A program made the position numbers and the translations under genes. This document shows positions 37,296 through 50,703 of a stretch of 64,000 nucleotides of DNA, piece by piece; the first letter of the stretch is position 1, and the number at the start of each line of letters is the position of its first letter. The notes below the pieces were generated by a model, which saw nothing but the letters and a program-made list of their open reading frames with translations, had not been told where the DNA came from and did no database searches. This DNA comes from Lama guanicoe (Eukaryota), in assembly GCA_013239625.1 (NCBI GenBank), contig MU056146.1, forward strand, positions 5,855,314-5,919,313, in the 5' to 3' direction.

Positions 37296-38470
37296 GTGGG
37301 CTGCTCGGGGGCTTGGGGAGTGGGGGTCCCCCGGGGGACATGCCGCTGGGGCTGCCCGAGGCCGTGGCCGCGGTCCCCCTCCCACGAACACCTGATTTGG
37401 CAGTCTGCATGCAACACGCCCCTGGGGATGCTCTCTGCCCCGTCCAGATAACTTTATTTGGCAGCATCAAGGAAAATCCAGTCACCCCGCGTAAGCACCG
37501 TCAGTATTTTCCTCTTCGCAAGCTCCCTGTTGTAACCAAAACAACAGGTACTTTCTGTGTCTGAGTTGTTCAACACTCTTGAAAAATTACGTAGGCAAAA
37601 CATGGGTTGCCTGAACATTTCACTTTCAGTCCGTTCTTTTGGCTTCTTGTGAGTGTGAAAAAATGTTGGATTCAGGGCTATGTAGGAATTCCAGTCAGTT
37701 CTGTGACTTGAAGCCAGCTTATCAGGTAAGTGTATTTTTAACCATCCAGCAGTATTGACAACGGTACAGGAGAGTGAAAGTCCGTGCAGAGAGCTCAGGA
37801 TTCCACCTCATGTTTGAAATCTGCCCCAGCTCTTCCATCTGAAATGTTCATTTCTGCATTTTCATTTTAATCCATAAATAATTCCTTTAATATGTACTAT
37901 CTTGATTCACACAATCTGTCTTTTGAATATGAAGACAGCCTGTATTTGCATTTTAAAGCAATCTTCCTGCCCAGAGCCTGCCTAATAACCTTAACTAATA
38001 ACTAAGAACAACCTTGTAACCCCCTAAAGAAGGCAGGTCACTTGCATGCCACCATTTCAGTCCACCCAGCCATCAGTCCATCCACCCAGCACTGGCTGAG
38101 CACCTAGAACGTCTAAGGTACCCGTAGAGTAAAAGTTATTGTTGAGGTTTGAATTAATTCCCAAGAGTCTAACTGGTGTTGAATTTGTTCCCCTTAGAAT
38201 GATGTATCTCATGAGAGAGGACAGTCGGGGCAGAGCAGGGGGCAGGGGACACAGAAGACATAGGATCTGAAGCTAGTCAAGGGATTTCCTGTTTCTCTCA
38301 ATGAAGTTCAAGGTTATTATTTAAGAGACCCTGAGCCTACTGCTCACTTTTTCACGGTGTTCAGAAAGCAACAGCCCCCTCTTCGGGGGATATCAGAGAG
38401 AGTCCCCAAAAGCCATCAGGATGGCAGAATCCTATGCAAAAAAAAAAAAAAAAAAAAACAGCAAAAAAAT

Positions 38471-38588
38471 NNNNNNNNNNNNNNNNNNNNNNNNNNNNNN
38501 NNNNNNNNNNNNNNNNNNNNNNNNNNNNNNNNNNNNNNNNNNNNNNNNNNNNNNNNNNNNNNNNNNNNNNNNNNNNNNNNNNNNNNNN
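38471..38588. other. Assembly gap (118 N) with duplicated flanks
   Basis: N run; gagagtcccc..gccatcaggatggcagaatcctatgc(A)n appears on both sides. Confidence 0.95.
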
Positions 38589-38774
38589 GAGAGTCCCCAA
38601 AGCCATCAGGATGGCAGAATCCTATGCAAAAAAAAAAAAAAAAAAGCAGCAGCAAAGAGTTATCTCCAGTGTTCCGCAACTGCAGTATTTTTAATGCCAT
38701 AAGTAAGGTGGATTACAAAACTCACACGTAACGGTAACCGACATCTTTTCACTTTCCTTAGTGTTTCCTATTAA

Positions 38775-39220
38775 TGTATCTTATTTTTAGAGCCATTTTA
38801 GGTTTCCAGAAAAATTGGGCAGAAAGCTCACACTGAGTTCCCGTATTCTTGGCACCCCGCCACTTGTCCGTCTCCTGTTAGTGACATCCTGCATTGCTGT
38901 GGTTGGTTGGTTACAACTGATGAACCAGTATCGCTACGTTATTGTTATTAGCTAAAGCCACAGGGTGCAGTAGGGCTCACCCCTGATGTCCTGTGTTCTG
39001 TGGGCTTTGCCAAGGGCATGATGTCCTGGACCCACCGTGACGGCAGTCACACAGGGTGATGTCACTGCCCTAAAACATCCTGCTCTCCACGCATTCATCC
39101 CTCCCCTCCCCCAGCCCCTGGTAACCACTCATCTTTCACTGTCTCCGCCATTTTTTACAGAACGTCATACAGTTGAAATCACACCGTGTAGCCCCTTCAG
39201 ACTGGCTTCTGTCACTTGCT
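38775..39220 (-). mobile_element. Old L1 (L1MC-like) 3' UTR fragment
   Basis: ttatttttagagccattttaggtttccagaaaaattgggcagaaag...ttacaactgatgaacca...cagactggcttctgtcactt. Confidence 0.75.
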
Positions 39221-40681
39221 AAAAGCGTCTTCTCTCTCTTCTCTAACATGTGTCTGTGACTGGTGTTCTTCCCGGTTACTTTCCTCGTAGGAAGCCTCTT
39301 TTCCCACGTGGTGCCCCTTTTCTTGACCCAGTTTTGTTTTTACCTTTTTTGATGGTGCTCCCTGCACCTGAGATTACCAGGGCGGGCGCCATCACAGGCC
39401 TCGGGGGACAGTGGCGGAGACCTGCCAGCTTGCTCCCTATCTCCTCAGGGACAGCCTGAGATTGTCCTGTCTCCCAGCTCTCGTGTCCCTCCCACGGAGG
39501 CCTGACGTGCAGTGGGCATCCTCCCTCCTGTTCCCCGAGCACCCAGGACCTCCTAGAATACACCTGATGTCCACCCCTGGCGAGTCTTCCTCTCGTCCAG
39601 CGAGCTGGCATTTTTGCATGTAGCCGGCTGCTTCGGCTGGGCTGGTGTCTTGGTTACTGTGCCGATGCCACGAGCATTTACAGCGTGGAGCTCTGGGCAA
39701 GCAGCATAAAAACAGATGGAGAGGCTCAGAGTCTCTGGCAGCCTTTTGGAGAAACGTGTTTAGTTTTGTTTTGTTTTTTAATTGTGGTTGTTAGAATTAG
39801 TTTTAAATAATTTTTGTAAAGTGTGGAGGGGCGCAGCAGGAGGTTCTAGAGATGCAGAAGCCCTGGTTAGTACTTTCATCCAAGATGCTTAGGGTGAAAT
39901 CCAGCTTGCAGTGTCTCCCCGTCTGAACCATGCACTGACCGGCGCGCAGGGCTCAGCAAGGATGCTGACATTCCCCTGCGGCTGTTCCCAGACCCTCCAC
40001 ACAGGACTGAGGGAGCCGGGCCAGGGGCTCCAAACCCTGCCTAAAAGTCAGAGAGAGCCTGCTCGTGATCGCTAGCCTGGGCTGTGAACTTCCAACTGGA
40101 AACGTCTGCCCAGATGCCCAAAGGCATTCCAGACTCCGCACAAGCAAAGGATACCGTTGCCTTTCGTCTTGACCCTTCACCGGCCGTCCAGGCTGTGACC
40201 CTCACTCCTGGGCCCTGTCTCCTGAAGCCTCCAGGTCCTGCCCCTTCTCCTTCTTAAACTCCTACCACTTTATTCCCTCTAGGTCTCAGTTCTCTCTGTC
40301 CACGATGACTCCCCCAGCTGCCTCCCAACCACACATCATCCACCATTTATATCACAGCCAGACTGACTAGGCTCAAAACTGTCCTTGTCTCTATGTGGTT
40401 TAGAGAATACAGTCCAAACGCTAAACCTGACAAAGAAAGCCTTCCCTAGACGATCTTTCCAGAGCCCTTACCACCCCCACCGTTCACATTCTACTCTGTG
40501 TTCTGACAGCCTTGAACTCACCTCTCCAGGCACTCAGGGCTTGACAAGACCCCTGCCTCGGTGGGGAGCAGGCGTTGGTTCATTTGTTCATTTAACACGT
40601 GCAGCCAGCAGACATCTGTGGAGACCTACTGTGTGTTTCAGGCCCTGAGGATGTAGGACAGGACAGACTGCACGTGTAAAA

Positions 40682-40773
40682 ACATGCACAGAGCTAACAC
40701 ATGCACACACACACTTTACACACACACACTTACACACACTTACACATACACACGCACATGCACACACACACAC
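40682..40773. repeat. Imperfect (CA)n tract followed by an L1MC-like tail (40800-40956)
   Basis: Direct read. Confidence 0.8.
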
Positions 40774-41829
40774 AAGCGAGGGCATGTATGAGTGGCGGAA
40801 TCCAAATAAACTCTGGATTGTCCCAGTGTCAGTTCCCTGGCTTTGATGTTGGGCTGTTAGACAAGATGTGAGCATTAGGGGAGGCCGAGTGAAGGGTGCC
40901 TAGAACCCCGTCTACCTGTCTTTGCAACTTTCTGTGAAACCATATTTCAAAAAATAGGTCACAAAAGAAACTCAACAGGGAGACCATGTGATAAGGGTTA
41001 AGATGGACAAATGCAGCGGAAGTACAGGAGGAAGAGGAGGCACCAAGTTCAGGGAAGGGCTAGAGCTGACCCTGAACGTGGGCCGGGGCTTAGGGGGTGT
41101 CTCGGAACGGGGGTCTCGTGTGCGGAGGCTCTGGGCACGAGGGCCTGGCACATTCAAGTGCAGGTGGTTCAGCAGGTGGCCCGGCTGAGTGGTAAGAGGT
41201 GATGATGGAGGGCGGAGGATTTACACGATGAGGGCTCCGTGTGCCCTGAGACCCTGCAGGTTGTCCTGACATGGTGGGAGTTCTTGTCCCAGTCCAAGCA
41301 AGAGGTGACATTCTCAACTGCAATTGATGGAAGTTCTGACAGACGTCAAAGTCAGGGGTCAGGTGTGCAGGCAGAGACCCTGATTCAGACACCACTTCAG
41401 TGGCCGAAACGAGGGCAGTGACCATGGGGTGAAAACAGGAGCAGGCTTGCTGTTTTTAGGAGGTCAAACTGGTAGGACTTGGTGAAGGATTTAAAAAATG
41501 AGGGCATCTGGAGTCGTCTCCAGGTCTTCCTGTCCTGAGGAGCGGGCTGGTGGCGGCACCAGCCTGGGGTTAGTGAGTCACAGGCAGCCGCAGTTGAGCA
41601 GGGGGTGTCGGCTTGGTGTCTGGCCTCACTGCGTTTCCAGCTCTTTATGAGCCTGGGGGTAGAGATGCTGGACTTAGGAGTCCAGACAAGGGAGTCGGCT
41701 GCACGCAGTGAGCCCACTTCTGGGATGTGACGATGGAAGACTTGAGGACCACAGCTGTTGTGAGGGATGAATTCCTTCTTGAATGCTCTGTCACCAAAAT
41801 TCTTACCCCGCATCTGTCTCCACCACCCC

Positions 41830-42320
41830 GTTAAAGGAAAAAGATCTGTAACAACACTTGTTACAGGTGGCAGAGCACACTTCATTCAGGACCATCACAG
41901 TAGGTGTGGGGACGCCACAGGGCATTTTACAGTGGGGGAGAGACTGGGCTTAACTCCAAGTGCAGCCGCGGCCAGTGGGAATCTACAGCCAAGGACAGGG
42001 CGGGGCCGGAGGATGGAAAATTACTGTGAGGGGACGTCACAGATGAGGGGGGATTCCGGCTGAGCCAACTTAGCAGGATTCTTTGCTGAAGACAAGCCGG
42101 GTGCTCAGACATCCCTTGGGGGTGGTTGGGGCTGCAGACCCCAATGTCGAGAGTAAACAGATATCCAGGGTGGGAGGTGCTGGTGAAGTGACTTGGCAGG
42201 GTTCTCACTAAAACTGGGTTGTATGGGGAAGTGCACAGATGGGTCTGGGAGAAAGTTCAGGAGCCTGGTGGAAGTTTGCTCAAGCAGAGGACCTTGGTCA
42301 GAGCCCGGTAGAGATGGACG
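41830..42320. mobile_element. ERV1-type LTR remnant (MER31-like)
   Basis: gttaaaggaaaaa...acacttgttacaggtggcagagcacacttcattcaggaccatcacagtagg...ttctcactaaaactgg. Confidence 0.55.
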
Positions 42321-42819
42321 GAGTCTTCGTCCCGTCCGCTCCCCGGAGTCCTGCAGGTGGTTCATGGCAAATGCTCGGTCATTATATGAGCAGAGTGGGG
42401 CAGTTGAGCAGAAATATGTACTTTTTAACTATGTGATGTTTATTGAGTGGCCCTGGCCTAATTTGTCACTTTTTGACATTTAGGAGAAAACCCCAAGCCC
42501 CCTGAAGGAGCTCCCATTCGTTTGTTTCCCCTCAGTTTTGCCAGCCTCCTTTTTAAAAGAACACTCACATGTCTAATGTTATGCATACATCTCTAGTATC
42601 TTACAATCCCTGCGTTATTTTAAACTGCTCAGTGCATTAAGAGCTTTTGATTTCGTCCTGAGAATTTAATTTGTGAAATATTAAACTTCAAATTAAATAA
42701 ATGGGATGAAGTAATGAATGCAAAGGGGAGCTTTACTTCTGAGAGTCACGCTGGGTGGACCACGTGGCTGAGTGGGACTCTCCTCCTCCTCGCCCCCTCC
42801 CCTGTCTTCTGCCCACCAG

Positions 42820-43057
42820 CAACTGGCAGCTCATCTGTGGAAGCACAGCGAAGCTTTGGAGGCGCTGGAGACCAGCATCAGGGGCTCCCGGCGGCTGGAG
42901 AGCTTGTGCAGAGACTTCGAGCTGCAGAAGGTGTGCTACCTGCCGCTCAACACCTTCCTCCTGCGCCCGCTGCACCGGCTCATGCACTACAAGCAGGTCC
43001 TGGAGCGGCTGTGCAAGCACCACCCGCCCAGCCATGCCGACTTCCGGGACTGCCGCG
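42820..43057 (+). CDS. FARP1: FARP1 coding exon (~18), DH: QLAAHLWKHSEALE...FELQKVCYLPLNTFLLRPLHRLMHYKQVLERLCKHHPPSHADFRDCR
   Basis: ccag acceptor, gtgagc donor, 238 nt; DH CR3 motif LLRPLHRLMHY. Confidence 0.97.
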
Positions 43058-43409
43058 GTGAGCGTCCTTCGGGGCGGCGCGGGGATACTGTGTCCCCGGG
43101 TTCCATAATGACCCGGGGCCGATACTTTTTAGGACCTGGTCCAGTAGTTTCTGTTTTCTCTTGGTCGTCCCCATAAAGTAAGCAGTGATGATCATGACGG
43201 CTTCTCTTTTCCATCCCCTCTCGCATGCATTTTCTCCTTCCATCCTGAATGGTTTAGGACCAAGAACCCTGGAGAAGCTCCACTTAGAGTCAGCCCCCTC
43301 CAGGAAGCTTTCCTCTACCTACACGGTGGAACCTTGGACAGGCCTTGGAAAATGATTTGTAACAAGTACTACCGCTCATTGCTGTGGGGCGTTTGTAAGG
43401 TCGCCACCA

Positions 43410-43790
43410 CAAGCACTTCACCTGTATTAGCTCTCAATCTTCACCAGAAGCCGACAAGACAGGGGTGAACTCATTTTACGTATGGGGGCTGTTGAAACCA
43501 GAGAGGTTAAGGAATCTGCCCAGAGTCACACAGCGGGAAAGTAATTGACTTGTAACATGAACCAGTGTTCTTGACAATCCTTATCCTCCTGGCTCCTGAT
43601 ATTATTATCCTCTGTCCCTCGCTCAGCACCTGGGCCAGGTACTCTGCCAGGCATCTTACTTACATAAATGCTTTTTTACTCCTTTAACAACCCCATGAGT
43701 GTTGTTAGCCCATTTTACAGATAAGAAAACTGAGGCTCAGAGTGGGTAAAGGGCTTGGGAGTGTTGGCAAAAGATCAGAGCTGGCATTCC
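43410..43790 (-). mobile_element. Two tandem MIR copies
   Basis: gagaggttaaggaatctgcccagagtcacacagc; cccattttacagataagaaaactgaggctcagag. Confidence 0.75.
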
Positions 43791-45260
43791 AGACTATGCT
43801 TTCCCCACCGTACCTCGTGTTGTCTTTCTGACCTGTGTCATCAGTCTTGTGTTGTATATGGTCTTCTGATGTTTGAGCTCCCTGGCCTGGACTGCAGGTC
43901 CCTCGAAGGCCAGGCTTGAGGCCTGTTGCTGGGGCCCCTACACTCTCCAGCTCGTCTGTGCGCAGAGTGCGCCCTCAGCAGGTGGCTCGACAGATTACAT
44001 GAAATCGCACACCTGTTAGTATGTCAAGGCCTGCCTCTTGCCTAAAGTACCGTACACTTAATCTTTGTTTTTAGAAAGACCACCTAGAAGATTTGGCAAG
44101 ATAACTGAGACGTTGGCAGTTATGGAAGGAGAACAGAAATGCCTCGTGACGGGATTTTGGTTTGCTTTAGACGGCAGTCTTTAAAACAAACCCTGCTGCC
44201 TTGTGTCTCGGCATATTCTGTTCCTTCTGCTTGGACTCCTGGCCACCAGCTCCTGGTCCTTTCCCCGGTGCAGTCCTCCTCCTCCTTTAAGGCTCTGTCT
44301 GTGCCTAAACCTCCAGGCTTGGTGACCCTCCCTGCCTGCCAAACTGTTGACTGGACTAAGTCAGCTGATCATGTCTGAAGACAGAGCACGCTCTGGGTTT
44401 GTCACTCTGGCTGAGACGAGGAGCACTCTGTGATAAGCAGCTGGAGGCATTCCATTTGCACCCTCAGGAGAAGCAGGAGAAAGGAGTGTCTCCCAGCCAG
44501 GCTGGAGGTGCGGGGGGAGGGGGTGTTCAGGGTCCTGAAGATCGCAGGTCCATGGACAGACGTTTCTTGCTTTCCCTTGACAAGCTGACCAAAATGCTCA
44601 GCTACTGTGGATTGGCGTGCCACCCAAACTCGCACCAGCTGGGCACTAGCTCCTTTTCCATATTGGATGCCCCTGGGTAGGGGGAGATGTGCCCACAGCG
44701 GAGAATTGAGTTTGCAGTTGTTCTTTAAACCGTCTTGGTAACCATGTCTGCAGAAGGAGGAACTGGGGTGTGCTGGAACGTTCGTTACCCGAAGGTGCTG
44801 CATTATCAGACCTTTTGCCAGAAAGACCCTTCCTTTGCCCTAGATTTTCCCGTGGTCTCGCTGCTTTCTGTGCTCACTCTGCTCTGTTCTTCCCAGGTAA
44901 CAGGGAGGAGAGAAAAATCTCTGTCCTGGGAACTAACTCTAGGCACTCCTATTCCTCTACTGCTGCCCTTGGATACCAACGAGAGATTCTCACTGAAGGA
45001 CGGCTGTCCACCCAGAGCCAGGCAGGGGGCGTTAACATTGTCAGGATGGTTTAGGGGAAACTGAAGCAAAGCAAATCAATACATAATGTAAATCACTCAC
45101 TTCGTGTTGCTGAGAAACAGCAGTATTTTCTCTGGAAGAGGATGGTTTCTGACAGTTCAGCTGTGGGAGGACTTTACCCTGCAGAACTGAGCGCAAAGAC
45201 GATGGGGCAAACGACCCTTCTCCGCCGTTAATGCTGAACTTTCTGTGTTTCCTTCCGTAG

Positions 45261-45391
45261 CTGCTTTGGCGGAGATCACGGAAATGGCTGCACAGCTTCA
45301 TGGTACGATGATCAAGATGGAGAACTTCCAGAAGCTGCATGAACTCAAGAAAGATTTGATTGGCGTTGACAATCTTGTGATTCCAGGAAGG
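45261..45391 (+). CDS. FARP1: FARP1 coding exon (~19), DH end: AALAEITEMAAQLHGTMIKMENFQKLHELKKDLIGVDNLVIPGR
   Basis: gtag acceptor, gtaagt donor, 131 nt. Confidence 0.97.
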
Positions 45392-45984
45392 GTAAGTGGC
45401 CATGCTCTCTGCAGGCTTTGGAGGTAAAGCCAGAAAGGCAACACTGAAGTGACTTAAATGGGAACCTTTTGAATGTGGACATCCCGAGTTAAAATAGCCT
45501 CCTTCCTAAGGGACAGCTGGGAAAATGCCTTGAACATTTCAGTGTCAATTTAAAAATCTTGTGTTAGGAGGTAAATCCACCCTTTGGCCTCATATTCTGC
45601 TCTTTCTCCTTCTTGGCTGACTTGCTTATTTACTTTTTCCCTCACCATTTTCTGAGGGGATTTGAGACTGCTTACTTTTAGTTTAGGGAAATGAAAATGG
45701 AAGATAAACCATTTTCTTCAGAATTGGGTAAAATGGTGCTAGAAAGCAGAGTGTGTGAAAGCAGGCTGTCAATTTCCACGTAAATAAGAAGAGTATTTTT
45801 TAAAGACGCAACTTTCTCTTAGTAATTAAAATACCATTTTAGCCAGAACACGATTCTGGGAGAGGCACACCCACTTCTTACTGACCTCACCTCCCCGGCA
45901 TCCTTCATGACATGTAGGTGATTCACAGTTAAGGAAGGAAGCCTGGCTGCCAGATGTGCTCCCTCCAGGCCAATAGGCATTTTA

Positions 45985-46098
45985 CGGTTTTGTTTGTAGT
46001 TGTTTTTTTTTTAATGGAGGTCCTGGGGATTGAACCCAGGACCTCATGTGTGCTAAGCATGTGCTCTACCACTGAGCTGTATACTTCTCCCACCCCCA
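45985..46098 (-). mobile_element. tRNA-Ala-like SINE (Vic-1-like)
   Basis: ggggattgaacccaggacctcatgtgtgctaagcatgtgctctaccactgagctgtata; TSD GGCATTTTA at 45976-45984 and 46101-46109. Confidence 0.85.
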
Positions 46099-47987
46099 TG
46101 GGCATTTTAAAAATCGAAGGTAACCTGCCTTTCTCCAGGTCTCACCCTAGGAAGCAGTCACTGCCCAGGAACTAAAAATATGAGTCGGTTGCTGCGTCTC
46201 ATCAAATCTCTTTGTGGGCTCTTTCTCCAGTAGCGCCTCTTCTCGAACGACACCTCACCCTGGTTCAGAAGGCAATTTCCGCCTCTTTGATCCGCCGCAT
46301 ACCTTCCTTGGTCTTCAGACCAGCATCCAGTTGTCCGGGGCTTCTAGTCGTAGCTGACAGGTCGCCTCCCTGGAAACTTTCACCCTGTGTAACTCAGGGA
46401 AGATGCAGGAACGCCCCTCGTCTTCTGGATATTTGGGTGTTTCTGTTGGGAAGCCTAGTTACAAACTGACCAGAATACCGGCTATCCAGGCTTGTCAGAA
46501 GGGTTACAAGGTCAGTGCCGGGTAGAAGTTAAAGCTGGGATTTACCTCAGCTCTGCCGGGGAGCAGACTCTGCCAGGCCCCAGCCCGTAACAGTCACGCT
46601 GACCCGTCTACATGGGGGCCTTAGTCAAGCTTTGTGGAATCAGTGAAATTTTCCCTTAACTTTGGATGTTATAAAATATTTAGCATATTATGCCATGTGG
46701 CAAACAGAGCATTTGTGAAGAACTGCTTACCCTGAGGCATAGTTTCCATGGGGCTATGAAAAGACCAGTGGATTGGAGTAGGTGGCCCTGGGTTCAATTT
46801 CAAGTTAAACTGGGGTGCTGGTTATGCACTGCAGACCCGCCTTATCTCTGTATTCTTCTGTTTGTCAACCCGCCTGATGGCCCTTCACGGTTTCAAGTCA
46901 ACCCTGAAGGAAATGGGAAGGAGAGACTGAGGCCCGCAGAGGGGCAAGTTCTAAGATGCCGCGCACCACACACGGAAGCTAATTGAGTCACTTTCATTTA
47001 AATGATCGAATAACCTGATGAGCGGTAAGACGGCTCTGAGAGATTTATCTCCTTGTGGAATTTGAAAAATTGAGACAGAAAGGTTAGCAGATGATGTCAG
47101 AGCTCCCTGCAGTCCAGTTCCTACCCTAGCTCCCAGCCGTAATGCCATGGCCCTCAGGGTTACCCTGCGGGCAGACTGAGTCACACCCTGCCAGGCGGAA
47201 GGCCCCAGCACACCCTGGCCTGAGCCAGGCCCCAGGCTGTGGTCTTCCGTCCTCGGAGTTCTGTGCCTGAGACCTGTTCCCCGAGGGTAGTTGGGGTCCG
47301 CTTGATTAAAACTCAGAGGCCTGGACACTGAACTTCCTTCCAGAAGGAAGCAGCCTGAGCTTAAGGATATCAGGGGCCTTTTCTTTTTCTGTTTCATGTT
47401 TTTCTTAAAAAACAAAACAAAAACAAACATCATTCTGGGCAAGAGACATTTCTGTCTCCAACCCTCAGGCATTGATCCAAACCCATCGCCCTTCTGGGGA
47501 GGCCCCTGCCCCTCGGACTGAGCCCACCTGCCCTTTTGCAGTGAGTGACTCATGCCAGCCGTCCTCCCCATCCCACATCCCTAAGATCCGTTAAGAAAGC
47601 ACATGTGTAACGTCAGCTGTGTGGGCTGGGAACAGGAGTGACGGCACCTTAAGGTCACCCCTCTTTGTCCCAGATCCCCTACTTTGATGAAAGCAGGCCC
47701 TTAGACACCATCTCTTCACACCAAATTGTTACTATCTGTTTAGCATCCATCCCATGGACCAGCGAGTATTTGTTTTCCATCACTTTGCTGAACTCCAAAA
47801 TATGTCAGTTAAATCACTAGCAGATATAGTCTTTGATCGCCATTTCATAAAGGACCAAAGGAAGAGTTGAGTCAGGCTGTGCAGAAAGTCTATAGAATCA
47901 AAATGAACTGGATGAGTCCCTCTTCTTGGCTCGTGAGCTGCAATGGGCACAGGGAACCTGTGGCAGGTGTTCAGGGACCTACCGGCA

Positions 47988-48405
47988 CATAACAAACTAC
48001 CCACGGTCTTAGTGGTTGAAAACAACCTTTGAGTATGTTATGGTTTTGAGGGTCAGGAATGGGGCAGGGCTCAGCCCGGGGATTCTTCTGCTCCAAGTGG
48101 CAGTGACAGAGGGTCAGCTGGAGGCTGGGCTCGTTGGGGACCACGTATGAGAGAGCACACGAGGGGCCTCCTGAGCCTGGACTCAAGGGGGTCTCGCTGC
48201 TTACGTGCAGCTCAGGGTTCCCAAGCACGTGTTCGCAGGGACAAAGCAGAGGCTCCGTGTAGCTTTATGACCTAGTCGTCAAGGTCACATAGCGTCACTT
48301 CCATACTCAGTCAAATCGGTCACCAGTCCACCTACATCTAGGGAAGGGGACAGAGACTGGCCGCTATGGAAAGACAGTCAAAGAACTTGCAGCTGTGTTT
48401 TAAAA
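47988..48405 (-). mobile_element. MLT1 (MaLR) LTR
   Basis: ataacaaactaccc...ttagtggttgaaaacaac...gggtcaggaatggggcagggctcagc...gtcacatagcgtcacttcc. Confidence 0.7.
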
Positions 48406-48410
48406 GCAGT

Positions 48411-48948
48411 CCTGGGGAAACATAGTTGGGCAGTCCCTTTATACGTTAACCACAGAACTTCCATATGACCCAGCAATCCCACTCTGTACCCAGAACAGAA
48501 AATAGGTGTCAAACAGAAACTTGCACATGAACATCTAGAGCAGCACAGGAGCCAGAAGGGGAGACAACACCCGTGTCCATCACCAGGTGAGAGGACAGTG
48601 TGGTCTGCCCGTGCCACAGACCGCTCAGCCGCAGGAAGGACGTTCTGACAGACACTACAGTGTGGATGAACTGACTGCTCAGTGAAATAAGCCAGTCACA
48701 GGAGGCCACGTATTACATGTGTGACTTCTCTGAAATACTCAGACTAGCTAAATCCATAGAGACGTAAGACAGATTGGTGGCTGCCAGGTGCTGGGGGAGG
48801 GGAAATGGGAGTGACCACTTCACGGGCACGGATTTCCTTGTGGATGAGGACAAATTCTGCACTTAGGTGGTAGGGATGAGTGCGCACTGGGAACGCACTG
48901 AATGTCATGCAGTCTAAATTTTATATGTATTTTGCCACAATTTTTTAA
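48411..48948 (+). mobile_element. Old L1 (L1MB-like) 3' end
   Basis: ccatatgacccagcaatcccactc...aaatccatagagac...tatgtattttgccacaatttttt. Confidence 0.8.
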
Positions 48949-49522
48949 ATGATAGTCTTGTGGTTTTTTCTTTTTAAGTGCCCCCAAATGGTCCTTGCCC
49001 TCAAGAGTGTACAGTCAGAAGGAAGAGCTCTTCAGACACATTTGCTTCTGGTTCTTTAATTCTGGAACACAGCTACTAGTTTTTGAGAACCAGATTATAA
49101 GTCATGGAGACAATTCTTCTGTTCAGTTCTCTCCTGGGGCCCGTCCTCCCTATCCCCTGCTGCCACTTTGTATCTGTTGGGGGGTCCTTATCGCCTCCTC
49201 GCAGCCAGCAATGCACAGGGCCTAAGGGTTAAGCATAAGCCCGAGTGTAACCCAGCCCCACCGCCTGGGCCGTTGGACCTCTGACCGCCAGCTTCCTCTC
49301 TGGTGGTGGAGCCGAAGGTGGCCCCTGCCTTGCAGGTGGCGGGGAAGGACACGAGCTTAGAGAGGGCATGGCACAGCATTCAGTAAACTGGAGCTATGGT
49401 CGCTGTGGTTTTTAGTGGGAAAGGGACCACGGTGTGCGCAGGCATCCCACACAGAGCTGAGTCTCCGCGTGGCCGAGGGGTCACAGGCCCCCTGCCAGCT
49501 CACGGGTCTCTCTTCCCTGCAG

Positions 49523-49591
49523 GAGTTCATCCGCCTGGGCAGCCTGAGCAAGCTCTCCGGGAAGGGGCTCCAGCAGCGCATGTTCTTCCTG
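49523..49591 (+). CDS. FARP1: FARP1 coding exon (~20), PH1 start: EFIRLGSLSKLSGKGLQQRMFFL
   Basis: gcag acceptor, gtaagt donor, 69 nt. Confidence 0.97.
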
Positions 49592-49845
49592 GTAAGTGGC
49601 GAGAGCTGTTTGTCGTCACCACGACCAGTGACTGGGGCTGTGGAACCAGCACAGGGCATGGGGCTAGGCCTCCACCACCCCAGAGAGGGGACCCGGGAGG
49701 CAGGAGAAGCAGCCAGAACTGCTCAGGCTGGAGTTGCTGAGATCCACGGACTGTCTCACGTGGGATTTTGAAAGCGCAGTTTCCGCACTTGTGCATTTCA
49801 AACGAGGCCCTTTCATCTCAGCCGCACTTGTCCTTGTTGTTCCAG

Positions 49846-49935
49846 TTCAACGATGTCTTGCTGTACACGAGCAGGGGGCTGACGGCTTCAAACCAGTTTA
49901 AAGTTCACGGGCAGCTCCCACTCTATGGCATGACC
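49846..49935 (+). CDS. FARP1: FARP1 coding exon (~21), PH1: FNDVLLYTSRGLTASNQFKVHGQLPLYGMT
   Basis: ccag acceptor, gtgagt donor, 90 nt. Confidence 0.97.
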
Positions 49936-50620
49936 GTGAGTATGCGTCCTGGGCTCGGGACTGGGGCCTGTGCCTCCGGGCTGCCTGCAGGGTACAGACC
50001 TGGCTAAAGGAAGCAAGAGCCAGTGACCATGACACGAGGAAGGAAAAGAGGGACTTGACGAGGAAATGAGAACGTCACAGGCACCAGGAGAAACCTGGGT
50101 CTTGTTAGGGCCCCTGGAGGGTCTCTGGGACCTCAGCCCTCCTCCTGCATGTGGGATACACGGCGATGTTCCTTCTGCAATCTAGTGAACAGGCAAGCTG
50201 CCGTGGCCACGTGGTGTGAACTTGCCTCTCACTGCCGGGGGCCTGGCCCCAGGGCCCTGAGGGGCCGTCCTCACCATTCCTGTGCAGTAAAGACCAGGAA
50301 GCTGCCTGTCCTCCTCCCAGCATGTCCAGTGGACGGGTCTCCATCTTCTGCAGCCCTTGGGTGGCAGAGACAGATGGGGCACCAGTGCGCACGGGATTAT
50401 TTGCCTGGATTATCCCCACACTCTCCTCACTGGTCAGCTAGAGGGAAGTTTATGGCTCAGCCAAAAAAATTCAATGCGCTTTGACCTTACTTTCACCCTT
50501 CCAACTGGGAATTTTCCAATGGGGTTCCTCCGACCTGTAACCAGTTGGGTGAACGTTTGAAAACACACTGAGTGTCCCGCTCCCTGCTTGGCAGTAATGT
50601 TACGAACACTCGCCCCACAG

Positions 50621-50703
50621 ATCGAGGAAAGTGAAGACGAGTGGGGCGTGCCCCACTGCCTCACCCTGCGGGGCCAGCGCCAGTCCATTATCGTGGCTGC
50701 CAG
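50621..50703 (+). CDS. FARP1: FARP1 coding exon (~22), PH1: IEESEDEWGVPHCLTLRGQRQSIIVAA(S)
   Basis: acag acceptor, gtaact donor, 83 nt. Confidence 0.96.

Noticed and set aside
46951-47571. 206-aa - strand ORF
   Set aside because: Low-complexity/GC-rich intron sequence with no recognisable homology.
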